Sequence record: KY608965.1
Length of the DNA stretch: 64,000 nucleotides
Strand: one strand, 5' to 3'
Source of the DNA: Escherichia phage phiEC1
Under the pieces are notes generated by a model that worked only from the letters and a program-made list of their open reading frames with translations, was not told the origin of the DNA and ran no database searches. The translations under genes and the position numbers were made by a program. Positions within the stretch are counted from its first letter, which is position 1; every line of letters begins with the position of its first letter. Below, piece by piece: positions 32,688 through 43,486 of the stretch.

Positions 32688-33859
32688 CAGTATTCCAACG
32701 TCCAGGATATCCTAACTTAAGCGTTAAATTATATCAAGATTATTCGGCTTGGCAAGAAAATAGATACGTTGAACTCGCAGCAACAATAACAACTTTAACC
32801 ATGCGAGATTCGCTATATGGAAGAAATGAAGGGATTCTTCAATTTTATGACACTAAAAACATCCACACTAAAATGGATGGTAGACAGATAGTCCAAATCT
32901 CTGTTTCAAATTCAAACACACCTCTCCAAGTTAGAACTCGAATTTACGGATGTAGACATTATTCTGTGTCTGTGGACTCAAAAGGTGACAATATTATTGC
33001 AATTGAGCTTGGAACAATACATTCTATAGAGAACCTTAAATTTGGGCGGCCATTCTTCCCAGACGCAGGAGAATCTATACGTGAAATGTTAGGTGTCATA
33101 TATAAAGACCGTACATTAATTACTCCGCCAATAAACACTATTAATGCTTATGTTCCTGATATTCCTTGGACAAGCACATTTGATGATTATTTGGCATATG
33201 TCAGAGAATTAGGACTTGCTACAGCGAGTGATAAGTTCGTATTCGTATGGCAAGATATTTTAGGCGTAAACATGATTGACTACGATACTCTTATTGGTCA
33301 GGAAGGCATTAAGATGATTGTAGGCGAGCCAAATACCGTAGGTCAGTATATTCAAGAGCTTGAGTATCCATTAGTATGGGATTTCACCTGGATGACTAAA
33401 GCCAACCAATTTACAAGAGACCCTATTAAAAACGCCACAATATTCGCCCATTCATTTTTAGATACATCTATTCCGGTTATTGTTACTGGCGATGGTGATA
33501 ATGCTATTCTTGTGTCAAGATCCGGCGGATATTCCGAAATGACCTATCGTAATGGATTTGAAGAAGCAAGTCGTCTTCAGACAATGGCTCAATACGACGG
33601 TTATGCTAAATGCACTACTACAGGTAATTTTAACATAACGCCTGCTACTAAAATTATATTTGTTGACCAAAAGAACCAATTCAAATCCGAATTTTACGTG
33701 GATGAAGTTATTCATGAGTTATCAAATAACAACTCACAAACTCATCTGTACATGTTTACCAACTCAATGGTGTTAGAACCTGTTAACCCAGTTAAGGTTA
33801 AAAATGAACTTAAATCTGATTCTACCTCTAAAGAAAATAATTCTACCACAGTCCAATAA
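32684..33859 (+). CDS. 27: Baseplate hub protein gp27
   Basis: 391 aa as in T4 gp27. Confidence 0.93.
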   Translation: MTVFQRPGYPNLSVKLYQDYSAWQENRYVELAATITTLTMRDSLYGRNEGILQFYDTKNIHTKMDGRQIVQISVSNSNTPLQVRTRIYGCRHYSVSVDSKGDNIIAIELGTIHSIENLKFGRPFFPDAGESIREMLGVIYKDRTLITPPINTINAYVPDIPWTSTFDDYLAYVRELGLATASDKFVFVWQDILGVNMIDYDTLIGQEGIKMIVGEPNTVGQYIQELEYPLVWDFTWMTKANQFTRDPIKNATIFAHSFLDTSIPVIVTGDGDNAILVSRSGGYSEMTYRNGFEEASRLQTMAQYDGYAKCTTTGNFNITPATKIIFVDQKNQFKSEFYVDEVIHELSNNNSQTHLYMFTNSMVLEPVNPVKVKNELKSDSTSKENNSTTVQ

Positions 33860-34337
33860 AAAGGTAATGATTCCCAAATTAGGGCTCAAACATTATAATC
33901 TTTTAAAGGACGTTAAAGGTCCTGATGAAAACATGAAAATCTTAGCTGATTCTATTTGTAAAAATATGAGTCCTGCTGATTTTGATTTTGCATGTCTACA
34001 TATATTGGAATTTAATAACAAACTTAAGTCTGAAGTTGAAAAAGACGGATTCACATATAAACTAGATGACGTCTATGTATGCCAACGAACAGAATTCCAA
34101 TTCCAAGGCAATACTTTTTATTTTAGACCTCCAGGCAAATTTGAACAATTCGCTACAATCAGTGAAATGCTATCAAATTGCTTAATAAAAGTTAATGACG
34201 AAGAGAAAGAAATTTCTTTCCTTGAGATGCCTGCTTTTGTAATCAAATGGGCAGAAGACCTTTCGACAACTATTGCTATTCCAGGCCCTAATGGTCCTAT
34301 TAAGGGTATAGCAGAAATTATTGGATTGCTTGAATGA
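33804..34337 (+). CDS. 28: Baseplate hub distal subunit gp28
   Basis: 177 aa as in T4 gp28; 56-nt overlap with gp27. Confidence 0.88.
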   Translation: MNLNLILPLKKIILPQSNKKVMIPKLGLKHYNLLKDVKGPDENMKILADSICKNMSPADFDFACLHILEFNNKLKSEVEKDGFTYKLDDVYVCQRTEFQFQGNTFYFRPPGKFEQFATISEMLSNCLIKVNDEEKEISFLEMPAFVIKWAEDLSTTIAIPGPNGPIKGIAEIIGLLE

Positions 34338-36106
34338 AACCTGAAGAAATGAAATCCATGCGTAGAAATAAGGTCATTGCCGATAATAAACCACAAAAAG
34401 TAGCTGCAACAGCAGCTACCGATTCATTAGAAGCATTGAATGATATTTCATCAAAACTAGACGATGTCCAAGCCGCGTCTGAACTCACATCGCAAAGTGT
34501 AGAAGATAAAGGCAATGGAATTATTGAATCAATTGGAGACTTAAAGAATTCGACAGATAATACTGCTGAAGGCACAGAGCTTATCGCAGAAGTTATTGAA
34601 AAACAAACTGAAGTCACTAAAAGTATAAATGAAGTTTCTAGTGCAATAAGCTCTAAGTTAGACCGATTAGCTACATTATTAGAGCAAAAATTACAAACAT
34701 CTACCGCTATTCAAAATACAGGAGGCACCTCTCTTGAAGTAATTGAGAACGCGATACCTGTTAAAGTGGTTGAGAACGAAACTTCTGATGAGTTGTTTAA
34801 AGCATTACCTACACCTGAAAAGATTGATAATAAGCCAGACGAAGATTTCTTCCCAGCCCCGGTTCAAGAAAGTGCTAATTCTACTTCCGATTCTAAAGGT
34901 GGAATTAGCTTTAAATTGAGTGATAAAATTGCAATGCTCACCAAAACAGTTCAAGCCGGGTTTAATAAATCAATATCAATTTCAGACAGAATTGCTGGAA
35001 TGCTTTTCAAATACACTATAACGGCTGCTATTGAAGCAGCAAAAATGGCCGCACTTATTCTTGGTATTGTTATCGGTATTGATTTATTGATAGTCCATTT
35101 CAAATATTGGACAGACAAGTTCACTTCTGCCTGGGATTTATTTGATGAAAACTTTACTAAATTCTCTGACGAAGCTAAAGAGTGGGGTAAATTCTTAAGT
35201 GATATATTCACTTCTATTGACTCGATAAAACAATTGTGGGAAGCTGGAGACTGGGGTGGTTTAACCGTTGCTATTGTCAAAGGTGTAGGAACAGCATTAA
35301 TGAACTTAGGTGAACTAATTCAATTAGGAATGGCTAAACTCTCCGCGTCTATATTGCGTGCTATAGGTTTTGGTGATACCGCGGACGAAATAGAAGGACG
35401 TGCTTTAGAAGGATTCCAAGAAACTACTGGGAACAAATTAAAGAAAGAAGACCAAGAGAAAGTCGCTAAATATCAAATGAAGCGTGACGATGGGGAATTA
35501 GGAACCGTTTCTAAAGGTCTTGATATGCTACAACGCGGCAAAACATTCGTTACTAACTGGGTTCGTGGTAACGACAATAAAGAAGAGTTTAGTACAAGTG
35601 ATGAGCGCGCTGCGGAATCAGCAAAATTAAAAGAGTTACCTGAAGAGGAACGTAAAGAGGCGTATATAAAAGCGAATGAAACTCGTGCTGCACTGGTTAG
35701 ATTTGAGGATTATATCGATAAAATCGATATGACTAATCCGGAAAATGCTAAAAACGTCGAGAAGTCTTATGCTGATTTAAGTAAACTTATTAAAGACCCT
35801 GAACTTAATAAAACTCCTGTTGTTAAAAAGGAAATAGATGCTAGATTTGAAAAGCTAAATAATAAAATGGCTGAAGCCAAAAAGGCTCAGACAACAGTTA
35901 AGCCTGAATCTTCGACTAAATCTCCGGAAGCAAAACAAGTTCAGTCAATAGAGAAAGGACGTGCTTCTGAATCTAAACAACAGCAACCGGTAGCGGCGAT
36001 TAGTAACACAAATAATGTCGTCAAAAAGAATACCGTAGTCCAGAATATGACCCCTGTAACAAGTACAACGGCTCCTGGAATTTTCCATGCCACCGGTGTT
36101 AATTAA
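34334..36106 (+). CDS. 29: Tail tape measure / baseplate hub protein gp29
   Basis: 590 aa as in T4 gp29; synteny. Confidence 0.92.
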   Translation: MKPEEMKSMRRNKVIADNKPQKVAATAATDSLEALNDISSKLDDVQAASELTSQSVEDKGNGIIESIGDLKNSTDNTAEGTELIAEVIEKQTEVTKSINEVSSAISSKLDRLATLLEQKLQTSTAIQNTGGTSLEVIENAIPVKVVENETSDELFKALPTPEKIDNKPDEDFFPAPVQESANSTSDSKGGISFKLSDKIAMLTKTVQAGFNKSISISDRIAGMLFKYTITAAIEAAKMAALILGIVIGIDLLIVHFKYWTDKFTSAWDLFDENFTKFSDEAKEWGKFLSDIFTSIDSIKQLWEAGDWGGLTVAIVKGVGTALMNLGELIQLGMAKLSASILRAIGFGDTADEIEGRALEGFQETTGNKLKKEDQEKVAKYQMKRDDGELGTVSKGLDMLQRGKTFVTNWVRGNDNKEEFSTSDERAAESAKLKELPEEERKEAYIKANETRAALVRFEDYIDKIDMTNPENAKNVEKSYADLSKLIKDPELNKTPVVKKEIDARFEKLNNKMAEAKKAQTTVKPESSTKSPEAKQVQSIEKGRASESKQQQPVAAISNTNNVVKKNTVVQNMTPVTSTTAPGIFHATGVN

Positions 36107-36114
36107 GGATTATT

Positions 36115-37224
36115 ATGATTAGTGTAAAAGAAATAGTAGTAGATGCAAAGGATTTAAATAAAGCAATCCCAGTCTCAGAAAGTGCTGGGCAAAGCACTAA
36201 AACCGAAACAACTACTAAAACTTATGTTGCTCAATTTCCTACAGGAAGAGCAGCCGGAAATGACTCCACAGGAGACTTCCAGGTAACAGACCTTTATAAG
36301 AATGGATTATTATTTACCGCGTACAATATGTCTGCACGTGATTCAGGATCCCTCAGGAATTTACGTCCGGCGTATGCCGGGACTTCATCTAATGGTATCA
36401 TATCAGATTTAACTGATAATGTGAAAGATGCGGTGACTAAATTCTCAAATGGATTGCTTCCTGCCGGAGCTAATAAGTCTACTATAAATAAAACTCCTGT
36501 TGCTAATATACTTTTGCCACGTTCCAAATCTGACGTTGATACAACTTCACATCGTTTTAATGATATCGGTGATAGCCTTATTACTAAAGGTGGAGGTACT
36601 GCTACAGGTGTTTTAAGTAACATTGCTTCTACTGCAGTTTTTGGTGCATTAGATTCTATTACTCAAGGGCTTATGGCTGATAATAACGAGCAGATTTATA
36701 CGACTTCTCGTAGTATGTATGGCGGTGCTGAGAACCGTACTAAAGTCTTTACATGGGATTTAACTCCACGTTCGACTGAAGACCTTATGGCTATTATAAA
36801 CATTTACCAGTATTTTAACTATTTCTCATATGGTGAGACCGGTAAATCACAGTACGCCCAAGAGATTAAAAGTTATTTAGACGAATGGTACCGTTCAACG
36901 TTTATTGAGCCTATGACGCCAGATGATGCAGTAAAAAATAAGACATTGTTTGAAAAGATTACTGCGTCATTAACAAACGTATTAGTTGTAAGCAACCCTA
37001 CAATTTGGATGGTTAAAAACTTTGGTTATACATCTAAATTTGACGGGTTAACTGATGTATTTGGCCCGTGTCAAATACAAAGCGTACGTTTTGATAAAAC
37101 TCCAAATGGACAATTTAATGGTCTCGCTGTTGCTCCTAACTTACCGTCAACATTTACGTTAGAGATAACAATGCGAGAAATTATTACATTAAACCGTTCT
37201 TCACTTTATGCGGGGACTTTCTAA
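36115..37224 (+). CDS. 48: Baseplate tail-tube cap gp48
   Basis: 369 aa (T4 gp48 is 364 aa); synteny. Confidence 0.9.
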   Translation: MISVKEIVVDAKDLNKAIPVSESAGQSTKTETTTKTYVAQFPTGRAAGNDSTGDFQVTDLYKNGLLFTAYNMSARDSGSLRNLRPAYAGTSSNGIISDLTDNVKDAVTKFSNGLLPAGANKSTINKTPVANILLPRSKSDVDTTSHRFNDIGDSLITKGGGTATGVLSNIASTAVFGALDSITQGLMADNNEQIYTTSRSMYGGAENRTKVFTWDLTPRSTEDLMAIINIYQYFNYFSYGETGKSQYAQEIKSYLDEWYRSTFIEPMTPDDAVKNKTLFEKITASLTNVLVVSNPTIWMVKNFGYTSKFDGLTDVFGPCQIQSVRFDKTPNGQFNGLAVAPNLPSTFTLEITMREIITLNRSSLYAGTF

Positions 37225-38186
37225 TGTACTCTTTAGAAGAATTTAATAACCAAGCTATAAATGCAGATTTCCAACGAAACAATATGTTTAGTTGTGTATT
37301 TGCTACTACGCCATCGACCAAATCATCTTCACTAATTTCGTCAATTGGTAGTTTTGCTTATAATAACTTAGGGTTGGATTCTGATTGGTTAGGATTGTCT
37401 CAAGGTGATATCAATCAGGGCGTAACAACCCTGATTACAGCAGGAACACAGAAATTAATTCGAAAATCAGGTATAAGTAAATACCTGATTGGAGCAATGA
37501 GTCAACGTACGGTACAAAGCTTGTTAGGTGAGTTCACGGTAGGATCTTATCTGATAGACTTCTTCAATATGGCATATAATAATACAGGTTTAATGATTTA
37601 TTCTGTAAAAATGCCTGAGAACCGATTATCTTATGAAACGGATTTCAACTATAACTCCCCGAACATCCGAATTACCGGCAGAGAAATGGACCCATTAGTA
37701 ATAAGCTTTAGAATGGATTCCGAAGCATCTAACTTTAGAGCAATGCAAGACTGGGTAAACTCGGTCCAAGACCCTGTAACAGGTCTTCGCGCTTTACCAC
37801 AAGACGTCGAAGCAGATATTCAGGTTAATTTACATGCACGAAATGGTTTACCACATACCGCTGTCATGTTCACTGGATGTATTCCTGTTAGTGTCTCTTC
37901 TCCTGAGTTAACGTATGATGGTGATAATCAGATAACAGTTTTTGATGTAACATTTGCTTATCGCGTTATGCAATCAGGTGCTGTAAATAGACAGGCTGCT
38001 TTAGAATGGTTGGAATCAGGACTTATTAGTAGTGTTTCAGGAATGTTTGGAAATAATCAGAATGATTCTGGTCTAGGAAGTGCAGTATCAAGACTTTCTA
38101 GATTAGGTGGGACCGCTGGAGGTGTGTCTAATATAAACACATTGACAGGTGTGGTGAATTCTGCGTCAAGAGTTTTAGGACTATAA
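37224..38186 (+). CDS. 54: Baseplate tail-tube initiator gp54
   Basis: 320 aa as in T4 gp54; synteny. Confidence 0.92.
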   Translation: MYSLEEFNNQAINADFQRNNMFSCVFATTPSTKSSSLISSIGSFAYNNLGLDSDWLGLSQGDINQGVTTLITAGTQKLIRKSGISKYLIGAMSQRTVQSLLGEFTVGSYLIDFFNMAYNNTGLMIYSVKMPENRLSYETDFNYNSPNIRITGREMDPLVISFRMDSEASNFRAMQDWVNSVQDPVTGLRALPQDVEADIQVNLHARNGLPHTAVMFTGCIPVSVSSPELTYDGDNQITVFDVTFAYRVMQSGAVNRQAALEWLESGLISSVSGMFGNNQNDSGLGSAVSRLSRLGGTAGGVSNINTLTGVVNSASRVLGL

Positions 38187-38213
38187 GAAAAAGGGAGACA
38201 ACGTCTCCCTTTA
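38186..38213. terminator. Terminator hairpin after gene 54
   Basis: AGAAAAA-GGGAGAC-AAC-GTCTCCC-TTT. Confidence 0.7.
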
Positions 38214-38218
38214 GGGGT

Positions 38219-38512
38219 TTATTTACGGAATGAAAGGAATGCTGGTGCTCGGAATGGAGTATCATCTTTAGAGTATTTAACTAATACGACCATTGGTACC
38301 TCTGTTTCTAAATGACCTGTCACTACACCGACAAAAATTTGATCAGTGTGCTCAGGGTCACGAAAGTTTTTAAGAGGTTCCATAGCAATATGGAATGCAC
38401 CTGGGAATACTCGATTCAATTCGTCAATCACAGCTTCGTTAAAAACATCATCTGCCGGGATAACATCTTCAACTACTAGTTCTTGACCATTAAAGCGAAG
38501 CATAGATTTCAT
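38219..38512 (-). CDS. Hypothetical early protein (alt.-1 position)
   Basis: 97 aa from ATG at 38512 with GAGGA Shine-Dalgarno, directly downstream of early promoter 38542..38571; longer track ORF would overlap the promoter. Confidence 0.6.
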   Translation of the reverse strand: MKSMLRFNGQELVVEDVIPADDVFNEAVIDELNRVFPGAFHIAMEPLKNFRDPEHTDQIFVGVVTGHLETEVPMVVLVKYSKDDTPFRAPAFLSFRK

Positions 38513-38541
38513 AACGTTTTCCTCATGTTGTTGATGGGATG

Positions 38542-38571
38542 ATAGTATCACACATCCATGTGTTTGTAAAC
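38542..38571 (-). promoter_or_regulatory. Early promoter overlapping the alt stop codon
   Basis: On - strand GTTTAC-N18-(GGATGTGTGA)TACTAT. Confidence 0.65.
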
Positions 38572-40658
38572 TATCCTTGGACAAATTTAAACGGAACTGA
38601 TTCTAAATCCATTAAAGATGCTAACAATTTCAAACCTTTAGGTGCACTAGTTTTTTCTACAAATGAGGAGAACGATACCGGCTCATCTGATTCGATTTCA
38701 CCCGTCATAGCAACCACCTCGCCTGTTTCCATGAGAACATCGCCATCATAAATGACGGCTTCATCCAACTGGTCTGAGGACATGACTTCAGCTTGAATAA
38801 ATTTAAGGTTGGATTCTAAACCTGCACCAGTATCAGATGACGCATCTGTAATTTTATTTATCTGCAAGAGAATGCCTCTAGGCAAAATAATTTCTTGCTC
38901 ATTAGGGTGATTACTCAACTGTCCTGGATAAATCACGTTAACTTTATGGGCGCCATCAATAGCCCATCCAACGTTAACACGGATTTGTTCTGGTGCATGC
39001 ATAGCTGTTCTTACTTGACTAGGAGAAATAGTAACACCTTCGTCATTATTGTCAATGTTAAGCTCTTTGCGAACTTCTTCAGGAGCAAGTCCAAGGGCAA
39101 CGTTCTCTTTAAACCCGCCAAAAATAATAGGAGCTAGTGAAGTGGAAACATAGTTTCTGAAGTAGAATACCTTATTTTTAACCATTGCTTCATAAATAGG
39201 CATTCTGATAGACTGGGCTCTATACAACGTTAGTCCTTCAGGTAAACGGTCTCCATTTAAAAACGCCGAATCAAGACCATCAATAGCGCGTTTAACTTCA
39301 TCTTCATCTGCAACATCGTAAAAATCTGGTTTATAACGACCTAACAACATATTATTGATATCGGTATACGCAGAAGAGGCATATTCACGAATAGCTCGTT
39401 TTTCAGCAACAGAGTATTGTTTAGGGTCCCGATTCATTGTTATATTAAAGGTGCCTCTAGCCGATTCTCGTGCATAAGTATACATCACATTAGACAAGAA
39501 CGCTGATTTACGTTGTTTCCAAGTTCTTTCAGATACTTCAGCTAAAACATCGTCAGGCAGTTGGAAATTATCACGTCTAAAATCTTCAAACCATTCGTCT
39601 CTAATAGAGTCTGCAATTTCGTTTGCAGCTTCAACAAAAGCGGCTAATGCTTTAACAGATGTTGTTTTTTCAGTTTTAATTTTCTTAGCAAACTTTTCTA
39701 AAGTTGGCTTAATAACACTGCCATAAGAAACTTCATCAGCAAATCTAAAGGATTCATCAATACGATTATAAATCTTATTTTCGATATCAGCAACTAAAGT
39801 GCCTTTTGCTGTGGACGATGCTTGGGCTAGTACGATTTCATATGCTTCAGGAAGTAATTCAGCTGTAGCTGGGCCACTAACTTCTTTAGCAGAATTTTCG
39901 TATTTCTGGAATAGCTCACCTTCTTGGCGGTCAGCTTCTAAAGATTGACTTGCTGCAATAGCGCGACGAGAAATTTTAGTACGAGCAATAACAGGCTTAT
40001 CTTTACGTTTTTCTTCTACAGCAGCAATAGAACCAGCGATAGCCGTTTCTTTGGTGACCTTTTCGCCAGTCTTTTTACTCACATAAACTTCACCAACATC
40101 AGAATCTACTTTCGTGTACAACTCTGTGTTAATGTTAGGGATGCCTTTAATATCTTCAATGTTGGCATTTTTACGAACCATCATCACATAGGTGTGTTTA
40201 CCTGTGAATTGATACATTGCAGACAATACTTTAAAACGACCACCAGTTTTAGTAGAAACTAAACGAGCAAGAAGAGTTTGAAGTTGTTGTCCACGTCCTT
40301 TCAATTTCTTAGTAGGGAATCGGAACAAAACTGCATCCATACGAAGAGCTTTAACCTGTTCATACACTGTATTGAAAATGGTGTTGATTGCATCAATAGG
40401 AGCAGGACCAAGACCATTTTTCAATTCGGCGAGATTACCCTTTTCAGAAAGACTCATAATAACGACATGAGCGTATTTGTCACCAAGTTTAACTTGTTTT
40501 ACAGCATCTCCTTCGGAAAGGTAAGAGAATAAACGAACTACGATGTTTGTATCGATATCACCAATTTTCCAGACTTGTGGAACTTTAGCTTTAGGGTTCA
40601 AATTGACGACAGGAAGACTGCCTTCAGATTCAAACACTTCATTTAATTGTTCAGACAT
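38571..40658 (-). CDS. alt: Alt ADP-ribosyltransferase (packaged, modifies host RNA polymerase)
   Basis: 695 aa; ART-type R / S-T-S / E motifs (LTLYRAQ…VSTSL…EQEIILPRG); C-terminus …PFKFVQG; synteny next to gene 54. Confidence 0.9.
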   Translation of the reverse strand: MSEQLNEVFESEGSLPVVNLNPKAKVPQVWKIGDIDTNIVVRLFSYLSEGDAVKQVKLGDKYAHVVIMSLSEKGNLAELKNGLGPAPIDAINTIFNTVYEQVKALRMDAVLFRFPTKKLKGRGQQLQTLLARLVSTKTGGRFKVLSAMYQFTGKHTYVMMVRKNANIEDIKGIPNINTELYTKVDSDVGEVYVSKKTGEKVTKETAIAGSIAAVEEKRKDKPVIARTKISRRAIAASQSLEADRQEGELFQKYENSAKEVSGPATAELLPEAYEIVLAQASSTAKGTLVADIENKIYNRIDESFRFADEVSYGSVIKPTLEKFAKKIKTEKTTSVKALAAFVEAANEIADSIRDEWFEDFRRDNFQLPDDVLAEVSERTWKQRKSAFLSNVMYTYARESARGTFNITMNRDPKQYSVAEKRAIREYASSAYTDINNMLLGRYKPDFYDVADEDEVKRAIDGLDSAFLNGDRLPEGLTLYRAQSIRMPIYEAMVKNKVFYFRNYVSTSLAPIIFGGFKENVALGLAPEEVRKELNIDNNDEGVTISPSQVRTAMHAPEQIRVNVGWAIDGAHKVNVIYPGQLSNHPNEQEIILPRGILLQINKITDASSDTGAGLESNLKFIQAEVMSSDQLDEAVIYDGDVLMETGEVVAMTGEIESDEPVSFSSFVEKTSAPKGLKLLASLMDLESVPFKFVQG

Positions 40659-40690
40659 AGTGTTTTCCTTTTAGTAATAATTTATATTTA

Positions 40691-40716
40691 TGCCAAAAAG
40701 AGCCCGAAGGCTCTTA
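40691..40716 (-). terminator. Rho-independent terminator upstream of alt
   Basis: On - strand AGAGCC-TTCG-GGCTCT followed by TTTTTGG. Confidence 0.7.
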
Positions 40717-40902
40717 ATCCACAATCGGAAGCAAAGTACGATAAACTTCAAAATTAGGGCCTTTTTCGTACTTATCAAAATTGTCCATAAAAATATTATA
40801 AGAATCGTTATTAGGAAAATCTAATATAATCTGAGAGCAAGAGGTGGAAACATCTCCACCATCCTTCTTAGCTACAATAACTGTTTCTAAATAAGCTTTC
40901 AT
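40714..40902 (-). CDS. Hypothetical protein translationally coupled to DNA ligase
   Basis: ATG at 40902 overlaps ligase stop (TAATG); 62 aa; followed by terminator hairpin. Confidence 0.5.
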   Translation of the reverse strand: MKAYLETVIVAKKDGGDVSTSCSQIILDFPNNDSYNIFMDNFDKYEKGPNFEVYRTLLPIVD

Positions 40903-42395
40903 TATAAACCTGTCTGGGACCACGGTCCGAATACGTCTTCAAATGAATCCGCTTCTGTTTTATCAAAACGGAACCCTTTAATAATTGGAAGGAAAATACC
41001 TACAGTACCTTCACGGCCTTTAGAATGAACCCAACCATTACATTCGCAATCAGCAATACGTCCAATCAATTTACCTTCACGAGCTTCAGCCATTAATCGT
41101 TCACGGTCTAAATCATGACGCTCATCTAAAGGAATAAGAACCTTTACACCATCAACTGTTTTATGAGTTGTATCTTTAAACCCTGAACCACAATCGGTTG
41201 TAATACGACGACAACGTGATACGAGTTCGACACCACCTAATTTGTTAGGGTCTTTAGAGTGTTCGTAGTATCCTACAACTTCTAAAGCGATATCAATAAC
41301 TTCTTTAAATTTAATTAGGTTCTTAGAGCGTTTGTTTTCCCAATATGAATCACGGTTTTTAAGGATAATACCTTCAAGACCTTGGTCAACATATTTTTTA
41401 TAAACCACTTTAGCTTCGTCAAGATTACGAACTAACTGATTTTCAATTGGCTCAATTCGCTTAAAGCCTTCAGCCATATTTTCAAGAGCAGCAAAACGAA
41501 CATCGTATTTCTGACCTTTAATTTTGCCATCAGAATAGACTTCATCTAAAGGAACATAGTCCCAGGCTTGAAGAACCATACCTTCCGCTTCTTTAGGAGA
41601 AATAGTCCCTTGAAGAGATTTATTTGCTAAACCGTTTGAAGTGCTACGGTCTGCAACTTGTACTTCTTCAGATTCTTCATTATCACCAAATAAGAACGAC
41701 AGGTCATTTCCTGAGCTCACAGCCTTTTTAATATCAAATGAATGATAAACCAATTCACCGTCGATTAAAACCCCATTAGGGTGTTTTTCACGGGCTTCTT
41801 TAGTCATTTCCATTAGTTCATCTGCTAATAGGGTAAGACCATGGTATTCATTACCAGCACGAGAAAAGAATTGAACACCGTCATCACGAACTTCAGCGAA
41901 ACAACGAGCACCATCTGCTTTTAATTGAGCAAATGCAGGCCATTTAATATTTTTAGTAATCAATTTCTCGTCATATGCAGATGCTAACATCTGCGGTTGC
42001 AATTGAATAAGTCCAGGCCATACCTTATTCGCGATAGACACTGAAGCACCTACTTCAAGGTCTCGCATCATTACACGACGTAGTACTTCTACATCATCAG
42101 GTTTACCGTCAGCGATATAACCCATGAGCTCTTTAATTGCTGCATTACCAGTGAGCTTACGAGTGGCTAATGTGAACTCAATAAAATCCAACATGTCATC
42201 TAATTCAAGAAGGCCATACGCTTGAGACCTTTCACCTGGTCCTGGCCATTTCTTAATATAATACTGAATGCCACGTGCATACGTTAAACGATATACACGT
42301 TCAAGTAATTTGTTGTCCTTATTTTTCTTAAGGATTTCCTGTTTTGTTTTAGTAGAACCGATCGCAGCTATTTGGTTTAAAATATCTAAAATCAT
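40902..42395 (-). CDS. 30: ATP-dependent DNA ligase gp30
   Basis: 497 aa; adenylation motif KADGARC; matches recalled T4 ligase. Confidence 0.95.
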   Translation of the reverse strand: MILDILNQIAAIGSTKTKQEILKKNKDNKLLERVYRLTYARGIQYYIKKWPGPGERSQAYGLLELDDMLDFIEFTLATRKLTGNAAIKELMGYIADGKPDDVEVLRRVMMRDLEVGASVSIANKVWPGLIQLQPQMLASAYDEKLITKNIKWPAFAQLKADGARCFAEVRDDGVQFFSRAGNEYHGLTLLADELMEMTKEAREKHPNGVLIDGELVYHSFDIKKAVSSGNDLSFLFGDNEESEEVQVADRSTSNGLANKSLQGTISPKEAEGMVLQAWDYVPLDEVYSDGKIKGQKYDVRFAALENMAEGFKRIEPIENQLVRNLDEAKVVYKKYVDQGLEGIILKNRDSYWENKRSKNLIKFKEVIDIALEVVGYYEHSKDPNKLGGVELVSRCRRITTDCGSGFKDTTHKTVDGVKVLIPLDERHDLDRERLMAEAREGKLIGRIADCECNGWVHSKGREGTVGIFLPIIKGFRFDKTEADSFEDVFGPWSQTGL

Positions 42396-42661
42396 TTGAT
42401 ATCCTCGATTTTGGTTACGGTTCTATTATAAGCCACTTCATCTAGAAGCGATTTCAGCGTTTTCTGATAAGTGGTAATCCATTTACCGAGTCCTTCAACA
42501 TAATATTCTGAAATGTAGATGAACCCTTGTTCAACACACTCTTTAAATATTTCTGCGTCTTTTACTGAACGAAACACCGGCCAGTCTCGAAAGAACATGT
42601 TAACATGACCGTAGTCACGTGTGGTGTTTTTGCCATCTGTAATATCATGAACTACAAACAT
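42392..42661 (-). CDS. Hypothetical protein (30.x accessory cluster)
   Basis: 89-aa ORF with ATG; 4-nt overlap with ligase start. Confidence 0.55.
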   Translation of the reverse strand: MFVVHDITDGKNTTRDYGHVNMFFRDWPVFRSVKDAEIFKECVEQGFIYISEYYVEGLGKWITTYQKTLKSLLDEVAYNRTVTKIEDIK

Positions 42662-42670
42662 AATTAGCCC

Positions 42671-43486
42671 TTAACAATTTATAGACCAAGTCCATTTGGA
42701 CGAATCTAAAGGAAAGTTTTGAATCGTCCACCATGGCTGCATATCGGTTGGTCCTGGAGTTCGCCAAGTATACGGATTCGACGGAGCGCCAATTTGATTA
42801 GGCCATGCACCTGGGCTTGTTGCACCTGATTCTTTAAGCAAATCCGCCAATCGTTTTAAAAGGTCTTCACGATCTGAATCTGAATTATGCTCAGGTGGAA
42901 TCAAACGAGATTCAATATCATCCCACGTGTGTACACGTTGTGCAGTGCGAGGAATATCATCACGTTCACCACGAGCCAACCAATAAATCGGTACATTAAG
43001 AATTTCTGCCGCATGGTCACAATGATGAGCTAAATCGTCAACGTAACAAATTACGTTATATTTTGTTTTAGCTAGTTCGAATAATTGTTCCTTTGAAGAA
43101 TCATGACCACACATCATTACTTCAGAGAAAGCGCCTGGGAACAAAGCATTCAAATTAAATTGTCTATTCAATCGAGCATCAATTGAATCACCTAGCGCCG
43201 TCACGGCTACAAAATTATAGTCTTCTTTTAGTTTATTGATAACTCGAAGAGCATCAGAATAAGGCGCTAAGTAACGAATAAAATCAGAGCTATTATATTT
43301 TTCTATTAATTGTTTACCAAGGTTATCGTCGGTATTGAACAGTTTACCAGGAGAAATAAATTTTTCGTCCTGAATCATTTTTAAAATATGTTCTAATGGA
43401 AGATTATATTTTTGGGCAAAATAAGGAAGTCCAGATTGCCAACTTAAACATACACCATCAATATCAGTCAAAATAGTAGGCTTCAT
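42671..43486 (-). CDS. HAD-superfamily hydrolase-like protein with Trp/Pro-rich C-terminal extension
   Basis: N-terminal HAD motif I ILTDIDGV, later hhhDD motif ICYVDDLAHH; ATGA overlap with upstream ORF. Confidence 0.6.
   Translation of the reverse strand: MKPTILTDIDGVCLSWQSGLPYFAQKYNLPLEHILKMIQDEKFISPGKLFNTDDNLGKQLIEKYNSSDFIRYLAPYSDALRVINKLKEDYNFVAVTALGDSIDARLNRQFNLNALFPGAFSEVMMCGHDSSKEQLFELAKTKYNVICYVDDLAHHCDHAAEILNVPIYWLARGERDDIPRTAQRVHTWDDIESRLIPPEHNSDSDREDLLKRLADLLKESGATSPGAWPNQIGAPSNPYTWRTPGPTDMQPWWTIQNFPLDSSKWTWSINC

Noticed and set aside
40659-40690. Promoter for alt between the upstream terminator and the alt start
   Set aside because: Only near-matches (TATAAATT) to the late consensus and no GTTTAC/TACTAT early pattern; not reported as a promoter.
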